64,000 nucleotides of DNA from Phoronis australis (Eukaryota > Animalia > Phoronida), in contig NMRA01000474.1 of assembly GCA_002633005.1 (NCBI GenBank), positions 248,001 to 312,000 of the forward strand. Reading direction: 5' to 3'. Under the pieces are notes generated by a model. It did no database searches. It was not told the DNA's origin and worked only from the letters and a program-made list of their open reading frames with translations. Below, in pieces: positions 12,601-25,135 of this stretch. Both the position numbers and the translations under genes were made by a program. The first letter of the stretch is position 1; the number at the start of each line of letters is the position of its first letter.

Positions 12601-15600
12601 ATAGCAAGTCTGGTTTTATCTCCGTGTTCAGCTGGTGGTGCCAATGCTGCAGTGGACTCGTCTGGAGTATCTGCTGTAAGTGTAGATGGTACCTCGGTCT
12701 CGAGTCCTGATCGGGACAGAAATCAATTACTCGGTCACGCGATGCCACCATATATGACCCTGTAAAGGTATGCGTGGAATGCGATTGGTATTTTTGAGTT
12801 TCCACATCTGATTATTTACCAATATTCCTAGGATCGTGCCAATACATTGTTCAAGCAGGTCAATGACACCAAATCACTGAAGGGCCGCAGTAACGACGCC
12901 AAAGCTTCAGCGTGTATATACATAGCTTGTCGGCAGGAGGCTGTACCCAGAACGTTCAAGGGTTCGTACTGCTAATTAGTGTATAATTTCATTATTCAGA
13001 TTCAATTGCGGAAACACGATATATTTTCAAAAGTCGACATTAGTTGTTGCAACAATGTCCTCTCCTTACATCTCAGAGGCCATCGGTGTGATCTTACAAT
13101 TGGCGGCTTGTCTCTGTGCGCATGAAATAAGGCTCTGATGATGTCCAGGCCAGAATTGTTTAGTCTTATGGTCTGTATAGCTTTCTGCCTGGGTCCGTAG
13201 GGTAAAGCTTGCAAAGAAGTCAGACAAAAATTAAACTTAAAATCAAGGAAAATTGGCTGTAATGTTTATGCTTCAAAATTTTCCCGATTTTCAATTGGAA
13301 AAAACAATTTCTAACCGTTGAGAATTTAAGTTTCCACGTTCCCAGGAAGTGCACATTATTTGTTTGATTGATTCTTTACAATGAAATTCACACCTTGCAC
13401 GTAGTGCGTATGGTACATATTACCACATAGATATATCTAGTTTGCTGACTGGTGGCCTCTATACATTTCAGAAGTCTGTGGTGTCTCCAAAGTGTCCAAG
13501 AGAGACATTGGCCGAGTTTTCAAATTAATTCTCAAGACCCTAGAGACTAGTGTGGAACTAATTACAACAGGCGACTTCATGGTAAGTAAAACTGTGGGTA
13601 GAGTGTTGCAATTAAGCGCACTGTTTAGTGGCCCAGTGGAAATTTATTTAATGGGCAAAACTATCTACAAAGACAACCGTTGAGTTATTTTTAGTTCATT
13701 ACTGACACTGGATGTACAGCAATAGTCACTTACTGGGCACTGCGTTTTAAGAACCAGTTTGATGCCTGTTATTGAATGGAGGAAACTGGTTCTCAAAATG
13801 CAGGACTTCTTTATGTGACTATCACCGGCTGTACCGTTCACACAACATTTGGACTGTCTTAGTAGTGCGATCATATATTAAAAAACTGAAATGTGCAATT
13901 TTTTGTGCAAAATTCAAGCTGTGTTTCTTTTCGGACTGAGGAAACACTGTTGTGAGGGTAATTGTCTGTCTGAATGCACGTGCCCCTTTGTGGACATTAG
14001 CTTTAAAAATTGACAGAACATAACGCACTCCATTAAACTGGAGACATTCTGATGAGCTGATAATGTCCTCATTCATTGTTTAAGTGTCAAGTTTGATTGT
14101 TGGCATGACGATTGTTGGCATGACGATTGTTGGCATGACGTCAACAACAGTGTTCAACAAGCGTAGCGTTACATGTAATGGGATGACAGCACTGTTATTT
14201 TGGTCTAACAAATTATTACTAACATAATTTCATTAACCGTAGCCCAAAATCACTGGAAGTTAACTTTCATGACACCGCGTTCAACAATAGAGTAACTAGC
14301 TGTCCACTTGTGTATTGCGACAAACCAGATCAGTGTTCACTCAAAATTTAGTCAACTGTTGAACCAGACAGGTTCTTCTGTGATCCGTTCTCTTTGCCAA
14401 ATTGTGCCTACGATATTCTTACAGCTCGTACTCTTATGACCTCTCTGTTGTGTATTTGTGTTTAGCAGTGTTGCCATGTGTGCGTATAATGCTGTTCTCT
14501 CCTTTCAGTCCCGGTTTTGCTCGAATCTCAGCCTTCCCAACAGTGTCCAGAAGGTTGCCACATATATTGCAAAGAAAGCGGTTGACCTTGACCTTGTTTC
14601 CGGGTAAGTGTTGCATTGGATTGTTGGAGTTAGTGCGTATTGTTAGTGTGTGCTGTTACTGTATAATTACTTTGTAATTACTGCATTATGTTATGTGCTG
14701 CTGTTGTATAGTGTTACTTATATTGTTGACCTATACTGTATACTGTTGACCTATACTGTATACTGTTGACCTATACTGTATACTGTTGCTATAGGCTGTG
14801 GATGTATAACTTTACTATATACTGCTGCTGTATATTGCTGGTGTATGCTGTTTTTATGTGATGATACTGTATATTTTTGCTAACTGTAGTTGCTGCAAAA
14901 AAAGCAAAACTTTGAAATTGTTTGTTCACCACATTTATTGAAACTTTAATTTCTGTTCTGAAGTAGCAATCTGAAGGGAAACCAATATTTTAACGCATGC
15001 TTCTTTAGTGTTGATGCCGATAAAAAAATCCATTTTTGTAGTATGTGCCTAAAAGTTGTTACTCTGGGAATGAAGCTGTCCATTGAATTGTAATTTTCAC
15101 TTGAATCCTAATTTTCTTAGAGAGGCCTGAATGACGCCATGAATTGTACAAAATGTGCAAAAATCTGTTAGATTGCATTGTGTAAAGTTCTCAAAAACAA
15201 CGCAGTTAAAATATCAGGATAGTCCATAATTTCCAATATTCTCAATTACAATAATATTGACTTTGATGAGGTGACTGCGCGTAGCATTTATTGCTCTTTT
15301 TTGCAGACGTAGTCCCATATCTGTTGCCGCTGCAGCCATCTTCATGGCTACACAGGCCTCAGCTGATAAACGAACAGAAAAAGGTATGTGTCAGGCTTGG
15401 ATAATGGATTTTTAGTAAGTGTAAAAGATGATTGTTTTGGGGGAAAATGGTAAAATTAAAATCTTCTGGCTGTAACCGCAGCTCTTCAGTGGTTCTTCTA
15501 AAACTTTTGTAATTTTTAGTTAAACATTTTCATACTACAGACGTATTTATCTTTTGTACCTCTGATATTCCTTGATTGCGTCAAGAAAGGTTTTTTACCA

Positions 15601-16135
15601 TAAGTTTGACAATCGGCTTTCGCTCACCATGGAAAGCCTAGGAAATGGCAGAAATATTCTTCATATATATGGGAAATGAGAAAGGGGTGCAAAACCTTTC
15701 TGAATGTTTTAAAGGTTAAATAAGTCACACATAAGTTGTTTGGCTACATTTGTAGGTCCGTGAATTCAGTAGCATGTCATCAACCATCAGCGAGAGTTAT
15801 ATCCTGGCTAACTTATGGAAAATGAATACATGGTTAGAGTAGGTACGCCGTCTTAGTCACATTGGGGGTGATTGAAGTTTCTTCTTTTCAGTACTGTAAC
15901 AGTGGAGCCCCCATTTATGTCATAACGACAACAGACTAGCTCGGTTATTGTCATGAAGTGCCATGAGACCCATGTTCTGCTGATGTCATCATTTTCACTT
16001 CCAGAAATTGGTGATATTGCTGGGGTTGCCGAGGTAACAATCCGGCAGAGTTACAAACTGATGCGACCACAAGTGCACAAACTGTTCCCAGATGACTTCA
16101 AGTTCGTCACGTCAATTGACGCCTTGCCGCTTTAA
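6671..16135 (+). CDS. GTF2B: General transcription factor IIB, 10 coding exons, about 320 aa
   Basis: Exons 6671-6696, 8264-8383, 8886-8967, 10361-10465, 11944-12030, 12832-12961, 13472-13581, 14509-14603, 15307-15383 and 16005-16135 are all GT-AG and in phase, 963 nt in total. Motifs: MASTS start, Zn ribbon CPSHP...[12 protein letters not shown]-reader [13 protein letters not shown], and cyclin folds [28 protein letters not shown] and [17 protein letters not shown]. Confidence 0.98.
7198..7773. mobile_element. Fold-back MITE with Tc1/mariner-pogo-like ends in GTF2B intron 1
   Basis: Starts TA|CAGTGACCACC and ends GGTGGTCACTG. The arms are imperfect reverse complements over about 280 bp, e.g. 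ggcaaattatgccttacactgattaaaacatcaaag vs ctttgatgttttaatcagtgtgaggcataatttgcc. The right TA target duplication is mutated. Confidence 0.8.
9875..9976. repeat. ~46-bp tandem repeat, about 2 copies
   Basis: aatgttctccttccgtgcattcatact is repeated. Confidence 0.7.
11150..11430. repeat. Degenerate ~39-bp minisatellite in a GTF2B intron
   Basis: Recurrent aaa(g/t)agtgtgtct(t/a)ttatc core, about 7 copies. Confidence 0.75.
12228..12378. repeat. 37-bp minisatellite, about 4 copies
   Basis: Repeated aaatatacactcgtacacatgataggctaatatgc. Confidence 0.85.
14095..14140. repeat. 15-bp tandem repeat x3
   Basis: (gattgttggcatgac)3. Confidence 0.85.
14721..14790. repeat. 20-bp tandem repeat x3.5
   Basis: (tactgttgacctatactgta)n. 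Confidence 0.85.
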
Positions 16136-19100
16136 ATGGGTCGAGGTCATTCGTGGTCTGGTAACCATTTGGCCTTAACTGGGTCAAGGTCATTTGCAGT
16201 CCGTGGTGGCTGCCATGCTTTGACTGGGTCATTATTAGTTCACCAATAGTCAATCTCCTGTTGTACCTCCAAAGATCGACAAGTGAAAAGTTATTTCTGC
16301 TGGTTGAAATCAGTTGTTTCAGCTGATGAAAATATTTGTTTCAGCTGATGAAAATATTTGATTCAGGTGATGTTCACTACATACTCAACTGTATGAAACT
16401 GTGCTGTAACAAAAATGGCACAGATGCTCAAACAACTAATCAACTCATCAGAAATGTGAATTTGTTTAATTTCTGTGTAATGTTATTGATGTAATTTTTA
16501 TATGTAAGTCTCATTAAGTGAATGCATATCTGTATTTGATCTAAACAATGCCTACTCTCTGCCCCTCATGTTGATGACCGCTACTGTAGACTCTGCTAGA
16601 GCTTTTGTTTGAATTCTTCCTCGCTTAAAAGAAATTCGTAAGTTTCCATGTCTGAGACAATAGGGTAATTCTTTATGGCCAAGGATTGGTCTCTGGCAAG
16701 TCTCAGCGACGTCAAATACCATGGTGCTGAGTTTGAACTGGAGTACATGTGCTACCTCGGATATCTGGGCTTTGATGGAACTGAGAAGTCATTGCTGTAG
16801 GAGAAAATCCTTGACTTGAATTGACCGGCCTTCATTTCATTCAGTGGAAGCCCTATCAATTGAAATATGAAATAAGATGGTTCCGTGATAAACACATGAT
16901 GGAGTTATGTGTTAGGGCTTAATTACTTTAAAAGAGCTGTGAACATGTCTTCAGTGTAAGGTTCCAATGTCTGAACACTCAAAACCCGAAGTTGTAACAC
17001 CAAATAAACACCCACCGGCATGGACGTTTCATGGGATGCCCTTTTGTGCCGAAATTCCCAGTATAGAAGACGGCAGTAGGGCTTACTGTAAGTAGGAAGA
17101 TGGTCAGTGCTGAGGTCGGAACCAGGGCTCCTTAGGGAAGCAATTGAACAGCGCGCGTGTACCTCAAGACTCAAGGCTGAGAAAGTGCAGCCTACCCGAT
17201 ATTTCTGGTACTGTTCACTGCAAACGAATGCGGTCACCTTGTCAATGCGAGCTCCCCCCCGGGTTCAATCTTTGTATTGGCCTAACTTGCTGCAATGTTT
17301 CTTAAAACCGACTTGCGACCAGACCACAGCGCCCGCCACGGAATTCTTTGGAAAACGAGTTGATCATTGTTTAAAATAAACACATTACATGTACACTGTA
17401 TGATTAATGCGCAAGACAACTTTATTATACACAGGTCAAATTTAAGTTACAAACATGGAGAGTGATAGCATGACAGATGACTGAGGTAAAAACGTTGCAG
17501 GTCGATTCGCCTGAATTTCAGGTTTGCAGTACCACAGTATCTTAGCTAATCAAATCAAAACATATTTAGGAGTAAAGACGACTGTTACCTAAACAAATCA
17601 GTTATAGACCTGCTTTTTCGGCGGTGGATCCATCTTGAGTGCTTTGCTACTTACGAAGTGTCGACGGAAGCACGCGCACAATGGAACTTGCCGATGAGCC
17701 ACGAAAACTCGAAATGCTTTGCTTTTCTGGAATACAGTAAATCACAATTCACAGGAAATTACATTTCAGGGTGAACCCCCATCTATTTTTCGAGTTGGCA
17801 TATTTAGGGCTTACACACTCTGGCGGTGACATTTTGTTTGCTGATTACATTTTTTGTATTTTTTATTTTTTGGTCCTGTCCCAATGGAAGGGGGGCTTAA
17901 GCCCCACGAACCCCGCTCGTAGATCCGCCACTGAGAACATCAAAACCGTTGATATTGCCAGCGGACGATAGAGCTATCTAATGATCGAATGTAAGGTCGG
18001 TAATAGATTAGTGACATTCAATGCACCTTNCATTGTCGTTGCCCAGGTCCCCGCTTTTGCTACACAGGTCGTCTAAACGAACTTGAAAACGTGCACGAAA
18101 TCAATCACACATATATTTCGGAAAATCGAGAACATTTGAAAAGCGAATCTTTTGCGAAGCGTACTAATTTACTGAATTTTTTAAATTCAATAAGTCAATT
18201 TTGCGAATGCAAAAGCTATATTTTTCCAGCTGCCCCTCACTGGCAAGGGATATGACGGAGACAACTTTCGTTTTATTTTTTTTTTCGAAACTGTATATTA
18301 CTTGAGAAAAAATGATGACCTGACAGATTACATCAATTTCTGCTCATTTAGTCCTGATATCTGAAAATGTAGATATTTTCATATTTAGGGGCCCTGCCCT
18401 TGAAGGAGGCCATTGATGACATTCAAGTGGCCACCCTTTTTGTGCTTTTATTGACAAATTCTTAAGGGGCCGCTCACGGAGGGAAGACCCAATGTTGGAA
18501 TGGATTAGCTCTATTTTCCTGGTTTTTGTGAAATCGTGCAACCGACTTGTCATGTTGAAGGAGGCCACTCCCTGTATCGTTTTGGGACCACACGACTTTG
18601 GAATGCACTGTCACTCTTTTTTTCTAAGCTTAATGATATTTAGCCCATTTCAGACGGTACCCGCTCGCGGGGAGCAGTTCGGGGGGAATGTCCCTTTGTC
18701 CTTCTATACATGTAAATCCGAAACTGCCAAGTATTCACGATAGAAGTTGAGATTCCAAGTTCATAAAAAACACAAAACATTCGTGCACAGCACAGAACAG
18801 CCTTTCCACCCAAACAATCAAAAATGTGAAAAATACAGTAGGATTGCCGCCATCGAAAGGGTGAAATTTTGAAGGACGTGAAGACCACTATTTGTAGATT
18901 ACACAAAAGGCTTATTTCCGATGGTTAGTTATAAAATAATGTTATTGTTTCCCTTAGTATCACACGAATAGTGTCTCTTTTGAAGACGATTACTATGAGT
19001 TGTTTGTAAGGAATTCCCACATGTGGAAAACACTGCTGCACTGGCTACTGTTTGAGATGACAGTGTATATGCCTATCAAACGGGGGTTATCAAAGAACTT

Positions 19101-19205
19101 TCCCATTCATAAAAAAAGATTTCAGCGTTTTTTGTCAGTGGAGTTCAAGTTTATCTCGTGAACCGTTACAGGTACCTATGAAATGAGCAAAAATACACCT
19201 TTTAA

Positions 19206-20864
19206 AGGACAATGCCACCCGATTTAATTAGTCTTTTTTACCGTCTTAATCGGTCTATATCCACATTGCCTCTTATACGGTCGACCTCACCTTGCGAGAG
19301 GTGCCGCGTTAACCTGTGTGGAAGGTGAGAAACGACGCAGCGACGTCAGTGGTTCATTTGCAGAGTGAATGCCGCTATATTGCGGTGCATCGTTCCCGCT
19401 TGAAGTTGTCCGAACTATGAAGCTGCAAAGAGAGCGCCGGGTTTATCGTTTTTTCGACTTCCTCGAGAACCCGAAACGCTTAGGAAGTGGCTCGCGGTAG
19501 TGAAGAATGAAAGGTAAGCTGTTAATACCAATATGAGGCCGTGAAACATCTCCGTGTCTGTGGCCGGCATTTCGTCGACAGTGATTTCTCTGACGAATTC
19601 CGGCTTACCAAAGAACTATCCGTACGTTCCGTTGCCTGTGCATGTTCAAGGCGCCTGTCTAGTATTTCTTGATCAGTGTATTCCGGTTCGATTGAACTGA
19701 TAGTCTGTGAAACTTAACGATTCGACCCGTGAAGTCTTCGTCGGATGAGCTCTTGACTAAGTCGGGATTGGCGCCAGGCGAGTTGCCATGTAGACGCTTA
19801 TTATTCTGCGTTCTCTTTCAAAGTGAATTATTCTCATCCTAACCAATGCTTATATGGAACTGAAACAATTCAGTCTGTCTCATTAGATACAATTTGTAAT
19901 GCCTTGGACTGCTTGTGAGTGCAAATGTTTTGAGAAGCTAGCAATGAATAAACCACTGCGTTACCGGCTTTTGATGCCGGCAACAAAGGTAATTGACCGT
20001 GCACCGAGGCCGTGTGAGCGCATGCTAATTCAATGTTTTCTGAAAAGAAAGCGGTTGTGAAACAATACTCGATTTTATATGCTATGGTCAAATGTTAGGG
20101 TGATCTTTATTTTGAAAAACAAATACATTATTCAAATCATTGTTACTGCACAACCTTTGCCCTGACGGTCTGTGGAAAGGGAACCCGACTTCGTGGCCGG
20201 CCCCCGACAAGTAAGTAGACTTTCAGTTTCGTGGCCAATTCAAACAAGAATTATGTGCACATTATTTCTTTGGCTCTTTACTATAATCTTTTCGTGACTG
20301 AAGGTTTAGTGGCCAAGTCAAGCTGGTTTATGTTAGTGCCAGTCCCGGCGGCCGCGACGGGCCTGATCGGGTTCCGAGCCACTGGCCGGGATAACAAGCC
20401 TTTTGTGTGTTTAGAACTCAAAAAATCACAAGTATAAACAACACACATCTAAATTCTCCTGTCTGTATATTTCGAATTTATCTCCGAACAGACCCCAAAC
20501 TCCTTCTACGGACCTTAGTAAATTGGCCTGCCGAACTTTGAAGGTTACGGTGTGTCCAAATACCAGTAAATCCGTAACAACTAAATAAAACAACACGTTT
20601 TTATAAGAACTCGGTGTATTTTTAAGGGTTTTATATCGAAGTGTGATGATTTATTGGTGTTGAACGATGAATTCAAGCGATAAGCTGACACCAGTAACCC
20701 GTGTTGTGAACTGCTGAACAGACTGCGCGTGAAACCAATTACGTCATTGGATAATTTCAATACCTCCGTCTGCCGTCAGGTGTCAGGTAACGCATCCGTT
20801 ATCGAGTAGAACTACTCGATCTAAATTGATACAAAATAGGTTGTTTTTTGGGTGGCATTCTCCT
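19206..20864 (+). mobile_element. Non-autonomous Kolobok-like DNA transposon with frameshifted THAP domain, copy 1
   Basis: Bounded by TTAA|AGGACAATGCCACCC ... GGGTGGCATTCTCCT|TTAA. Positions about 19369-19590 encode MPLYC..(frameshift)..CPNY...SFFRLPREPETLRKWLAVV...LRVCGRHF, a C2CH THAP signature. TTAA duplication, purine-purine termini and THAP are Kolobok hallmarks. Confidence 0.8.
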
Positions 20865-21204
20865 TTAAAATATGAATGCCCCATCTCCTATATTCACCCG
20901 GTTACCCGTCAAAAGTCTGCAAGCATTCATGCGGAAATTGCTTAGTAATCCGTTGTGACAAATTCGTTGGTTTGTGATTTACTTTTTTATAGATAGAGTC
21001 ACAGATAGTTTTTGACAATTAGAAGCTAATCTTGTAAGAATTGATGACGTTTCAGTGAATTTAATGAAGTTGGAAAAACTTTATAGTCCGATCCCCGACG
21101 ATTTTTGCGTACCTAAAATAACTCTCAAATACATTGAAGAAATTCGGACTAGCAAATCGTAGACAGAAAAAAACGTTTAAAAATCCTTAAATAAATAAAA
21201 TTAA

Positions 21205-22321
21205 AGGAGCATGCCACCCAAAAAAAAACAACCTAATTTGTATCAATTTAGATCGAGTAGTTTTGGCCATAACGACACGTACGGTTGCGATACCTGACAC
21301 CTGACGGCAGACGGAAGTGTTGAAATTATCCAATGACGTCCTCGGTTTCACACGCAGTCTGTTCAGCAGTTCACAACACGGGTTACTGGTGTCAGCTTAT
21401 CGCTTGAAGTCATCGTTTAACACCAATATATCATCAAACTTCGATATAAAACCCTTAAAAATACACCGAGTTCTTATAAAAACGTGTTGTTTTATTTCGC
21501 TCTTACGGATTTATTGGTATTTGGACACACCGTAGCCTACAAAGTTCGGCAGGCTAATAAGGTCCGCAGCAGGAGTTTGGGGTCTGTTCGGAGATAATTT
21601 CGAAGTATTTTACGTGAGATACAGACAGGAGAACCTAGATCTGTGTTNCACTCACGAACACTCCAAAGGCATTACAAATTCCATCTAATGAGACAGACTT
21701 TGTTTCAGTTGGTTAGGGTGAGAATAATTCATTTTGAAACAGAACGCGCAGTAATAAACGCCAACATGGCAACTCGCAATCCCGACTTAGGACAAGCTAG
21801 AGCTCATCAGTCCCGACTTCGCAGGTGGATCGTTAAGTTTTACAGGCTATCAATTCGAACAGGAATACAGTGATGAAGAAATACTAGAGAGGCGCCGTGA
21901 ACAAGCTAAGACAACGGAACGTATGGAGTTATTTGGTAAGCCGGCATTCGTCAGGCACTGTTGACTGCAGGCCACAGACACGGAATTATTTTGCAACTTC
22001 ATACTTGCTATTTACAGCGTACATTTGATTCTTCACTACCATGAGCCACTTCCCACGCATTTTGGAGTCTCGAGGAATTAAAAAAAACGATATACCCGCT
22101 TTCCTCGCAGCTGCTTAAGTCGGACAAGCGGGAACGATGCACCGCAACGTAGCGCATTCACTCTGCATATGAACCACTGACGTCGCTAGCGTCTTTCTCA
22201 CCTTCCTCACAGGTTAACGCGACACCTCTTGGCAAGATAAGGCCGACCGTATATGAGGCGATGTGGATATAGACCGATTAAGATGGCAAAAAAGACTAAT
22301 TATATCGGATGGCATTCTCCT
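21205..22321 (-). mobile_element. Second, internally deleted copy of the same Kolobok-like THAP element, inverted
   Basis: Bounded by TTAA|AGGAGCATGCCACCC ... GGATGGCATTCTCCT|TTAA. It is a diverged reverse complement of copy 1 and lacks roughly the 19870-20420 segment. Confidence 0.8.
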
Positions 22322-22932
22322 TTAAAGTTTCCAGTAGTAGGCCTATATTGAGCAATGAATTTTTGTTCTTTAAAACTGAATTGATGGCTTCCACGTCATG
22401 ACTTTCGTACCGACGTTAAAAACATGATCTAACCATGCAGCAGGCCCGCGCAGAATCTCAGTGATCCTTGGAAACTGAATTTGAATTCCAGGCGTTCAGG
22501 AAGTGTGTACATTTTTGGGACATACTATACTTTTCCCCAGCCACCAGAAACAGGACTACCGGTCATGCGTCAACTAAACATTTTGGAACAGCCGCAAGGG
22601 ACTTTGGGGTCTAATCTTTTCAAAAAAAAACTTCTTCAAAGAATGACCATAATAAAATAAAGTTTTATCGAATCTGGGTCACAATAAAACGAATCTTCAC
22701 CTTAGAGCGGCCGAGTACGAGCTGCCTGTCTGAAGTGAATCATAGTTTAGCTGACCAGCAGTTAGCATTAGTTCATCGGAAATTTCGTATTTTCACACTG
22801 TTAGATCTCAGCTATAGCTACTTGAGGCAGCTCCATGCTACCGATCAGTGCACTGGTCCTAGGCCCATTCTTACTCTCTGTGTTGGTTCGCGGTTACTCA
22901 ACTCTTGACGCCTTCGCCCCCCGGGATTGTCT

Positions 22933-23089
22933 CAGGGGCGCATTCAGAATTTTGAGTTGCCGGGGGGAGGCAGAGTATTAGCCAGGGTTTTACCACTTCC
23001 GAAATTCGCACCCCCGAACTGTCAAATAGAATCTGGGAGAATTCTAGGGGGGGCCAAGGCCCTTTGGCCACCCCTGAGTCCGTCACTGT
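22933..23089. mobile_element. hAT-like MITE
   Basis: CAGGGGCG... start, ...TCCGTCACTG end and a G/C-run interior. Related GATCCGCCACTG ends occur near 17922-17933 and 43954-43965. No clear 8-bp TSD. Confidence 0.5.
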
Positions 23090-23554
23090 GCCCCCACATA
23101 GAGCGGACGTGGGAGATTCGGTACAAATATTGTAGCATNGTGTTTGGCGAAGTCGAAATGATGTGCGCCTTCTCAATAATTTTTGCCTTCCTACGGGCCT
23201 GTTGTCCACATGACTAAAACAAAACATTGAGCTATCCCCGAGTAAAAAAAAAACACCAAATGAAAGTGTGATGTACATGAGTCTACATGTAGGTTAAAAC
23301 GCCGTGAAAATACTGACATCAATGCATAACTTAACAAAATTGTGAAGGGCATGTACTCGGGGGAAGGCAAGCCCCAGCTAAAGATGGAAATTCGGCTCGG
23401 TCTCCTTGTCATGAACAAGAACCTCAGTCCTGAAAGACTACGACCAGTGGCCAAATGTATGCATGTTGTTTACCAATTCACATCTCATATGGACGAATAT
23501 CTTCTTCCTCATTCGCATGAACAGCGTTACATTGGACACACAGTGTGTTCGCAC

Positions 23555-23708
23555 GGGTGAGGCGTGTATGTAGAGGTGAGGCGTGTATGTAGGGATGAGG
23601 CGTGCATGTAGGGGTGAAGCGTGCACGTAGGGGTGAAGCGTGCATGTAGGGGTGAGGCGTGTATGTAGGGGTGAGGCGTGTATGTAGAGGTGAGGCGTGT
23701 ATGCAGGC
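23555..23708. repeat. 20-bp minisatellite, about 7.5 copies
   Basis: (ggtgaggcgtgtatgtag(a/g))n. Confidence 0.9.
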
Positions 23709-24817
23709 AGGCTCGTAGTCAGCATTGCGTAGGGGGTGGTTCGATTTTCTGGAACAATTTGCTCTTTGATATTTTGCAAAGGTTGACCCGCCAATTTTTC
23801 AAATCAGGCGTGCTTAAATACTGAGACGGAATTTCTTAGCCTGAGAATGACTTGACGAAATTTTTATCTGGTTGTATTTTTGCGTGTTACTTACCTCGCT
23901 GGAAATGGGCACAGCACAGTATTCTGAACCTGCACTACTCCGATAGCTCACTGCTCCGAAAATATCTAAACTTTCGAAACCAGTTATATTTTTATACTTC
24001 TTCAGGAATATTAAATGCGCTGAGTGATGTACTACATGTATCAGTACCGAAAACAACGTCCGCGTACTATTGGTTTCATGCGCATACAAAATTGCCTGCA
24101 TGTTGTACGAATGCTGAAAACTAAGTACGTTCTTGCATTTTTAAGAGGATACGAAATGTGGGTTTGGCCTATAGACCGATTACAAAAATGACTTTCCCTC
24201 CCAGTTCTCTGAAACAAAATAATACTCTGTAACCATTGACAACCCTCAAAAGTTTGCTGAAAATTTGAACACTGCTTTCAAAGTTTGCTGAGCGAGAAAG
24301 CGTAACCTCGGCATAAAAATAATAATAATAATTAAAAAAAATAATTGTAATGTCTCGTGGGATATAACTTCATGTACGCCACTCTCGGTACGTTTTGTGT
24401 ATGTAGTTAATAGTTCAGTCTCCTGCCAGTCTTCACGAAGTCAGAGAGTGCCATTCAAACCACTTAAATTTACTTCAGATGTTGTTACATAAATAGTCTC
24501 CTTGGCTACGTCATAGACGTCAGTTGCAACTCAGAGGCCATTATAGCTGAGGACAGCCCAACAAAGAACATGGGTGTTGCTTTTTTTAATTAGAAATGAT
24601 ATCAACACGAACGTGCTTTTGCCAATGGAGGACTTGCCTGCTGTTATCAAGGACGTTTGGTGTGTAGTGGAGGTGTTCACGCTTAGATTTACAGCATCTT
24701 TGGGAATAGACTCAATGACTGTGGCCCACTTGAACACGTGAAAGTGATATATACAGCGGCATATATTGTGAGATAAAGCTTGAATGTATGCTGGACGGGT
24801 GAACCTTTTTAGTACTT

Positions 24818-25135
24818 TAAATCGGTAAATAAAACAACAAGAATGGATCAACTGAAATTTGAAATTTTCGGATGTAATAACTTCCTTTGTCAACAAAAAC
24901 ATAAATAACTTCTTAAAATATGTCGTTGAATTTTTTACGCAAAAATGTATCATTTTCATTACACCATATCTTATATGTCAATTGTCATTTTGTGTTTGAT
25001 TTTACTTTATTTCCATTCTTGTTGTTTTATTTACCGATTTATATTCTTCATTTCATGAAACAATAGTATCCTTGGGAGGATCTGGATCGCCTTATTTAGT
25101 TTCAGATATATTTTCTACGTTGTTTAGTACTTTAA
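24818..25135. mobile_element. MITE-like dispersed repeat with ~30-bp inverted repeats
   Basis: taaatcggtaaataaaacaacaagaatgga ... tccattcttgttgttttatttaccgattta. The reverse complement of about 25010-25130 recurs in the ankyrin-exon introns at about 49860-49990 and 50520-50650. Confidence 0.65.

Noticed and set aside
12895-12912. [13 protein letters not shown] with Lys where human has Ile
   Set aside because: As I recall, this variant also occurs in other invertebrate TFIIB proteins, so it is unlikely to be novel.
16900-17300. Telomerase RNA or SRP RNA candidate
   Set aside because: No full CTAACCCTAA-type template and no SRP helix-8 motif on the same strand as the Alu-like stretch.
22835-22932. 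MLPISALVLGPFLLSVLVRG, resembling a signal peptide
   Set aside because: Equally resembles a decayed LINE RT motif (PQGxVLGPxLF), is interrupted by a MITE, and has no coherent downstream exon.
23438-23794. Repetitive His/Pro-rich ORF
   Set aside because: Translation of the 20-bp minisatellite.
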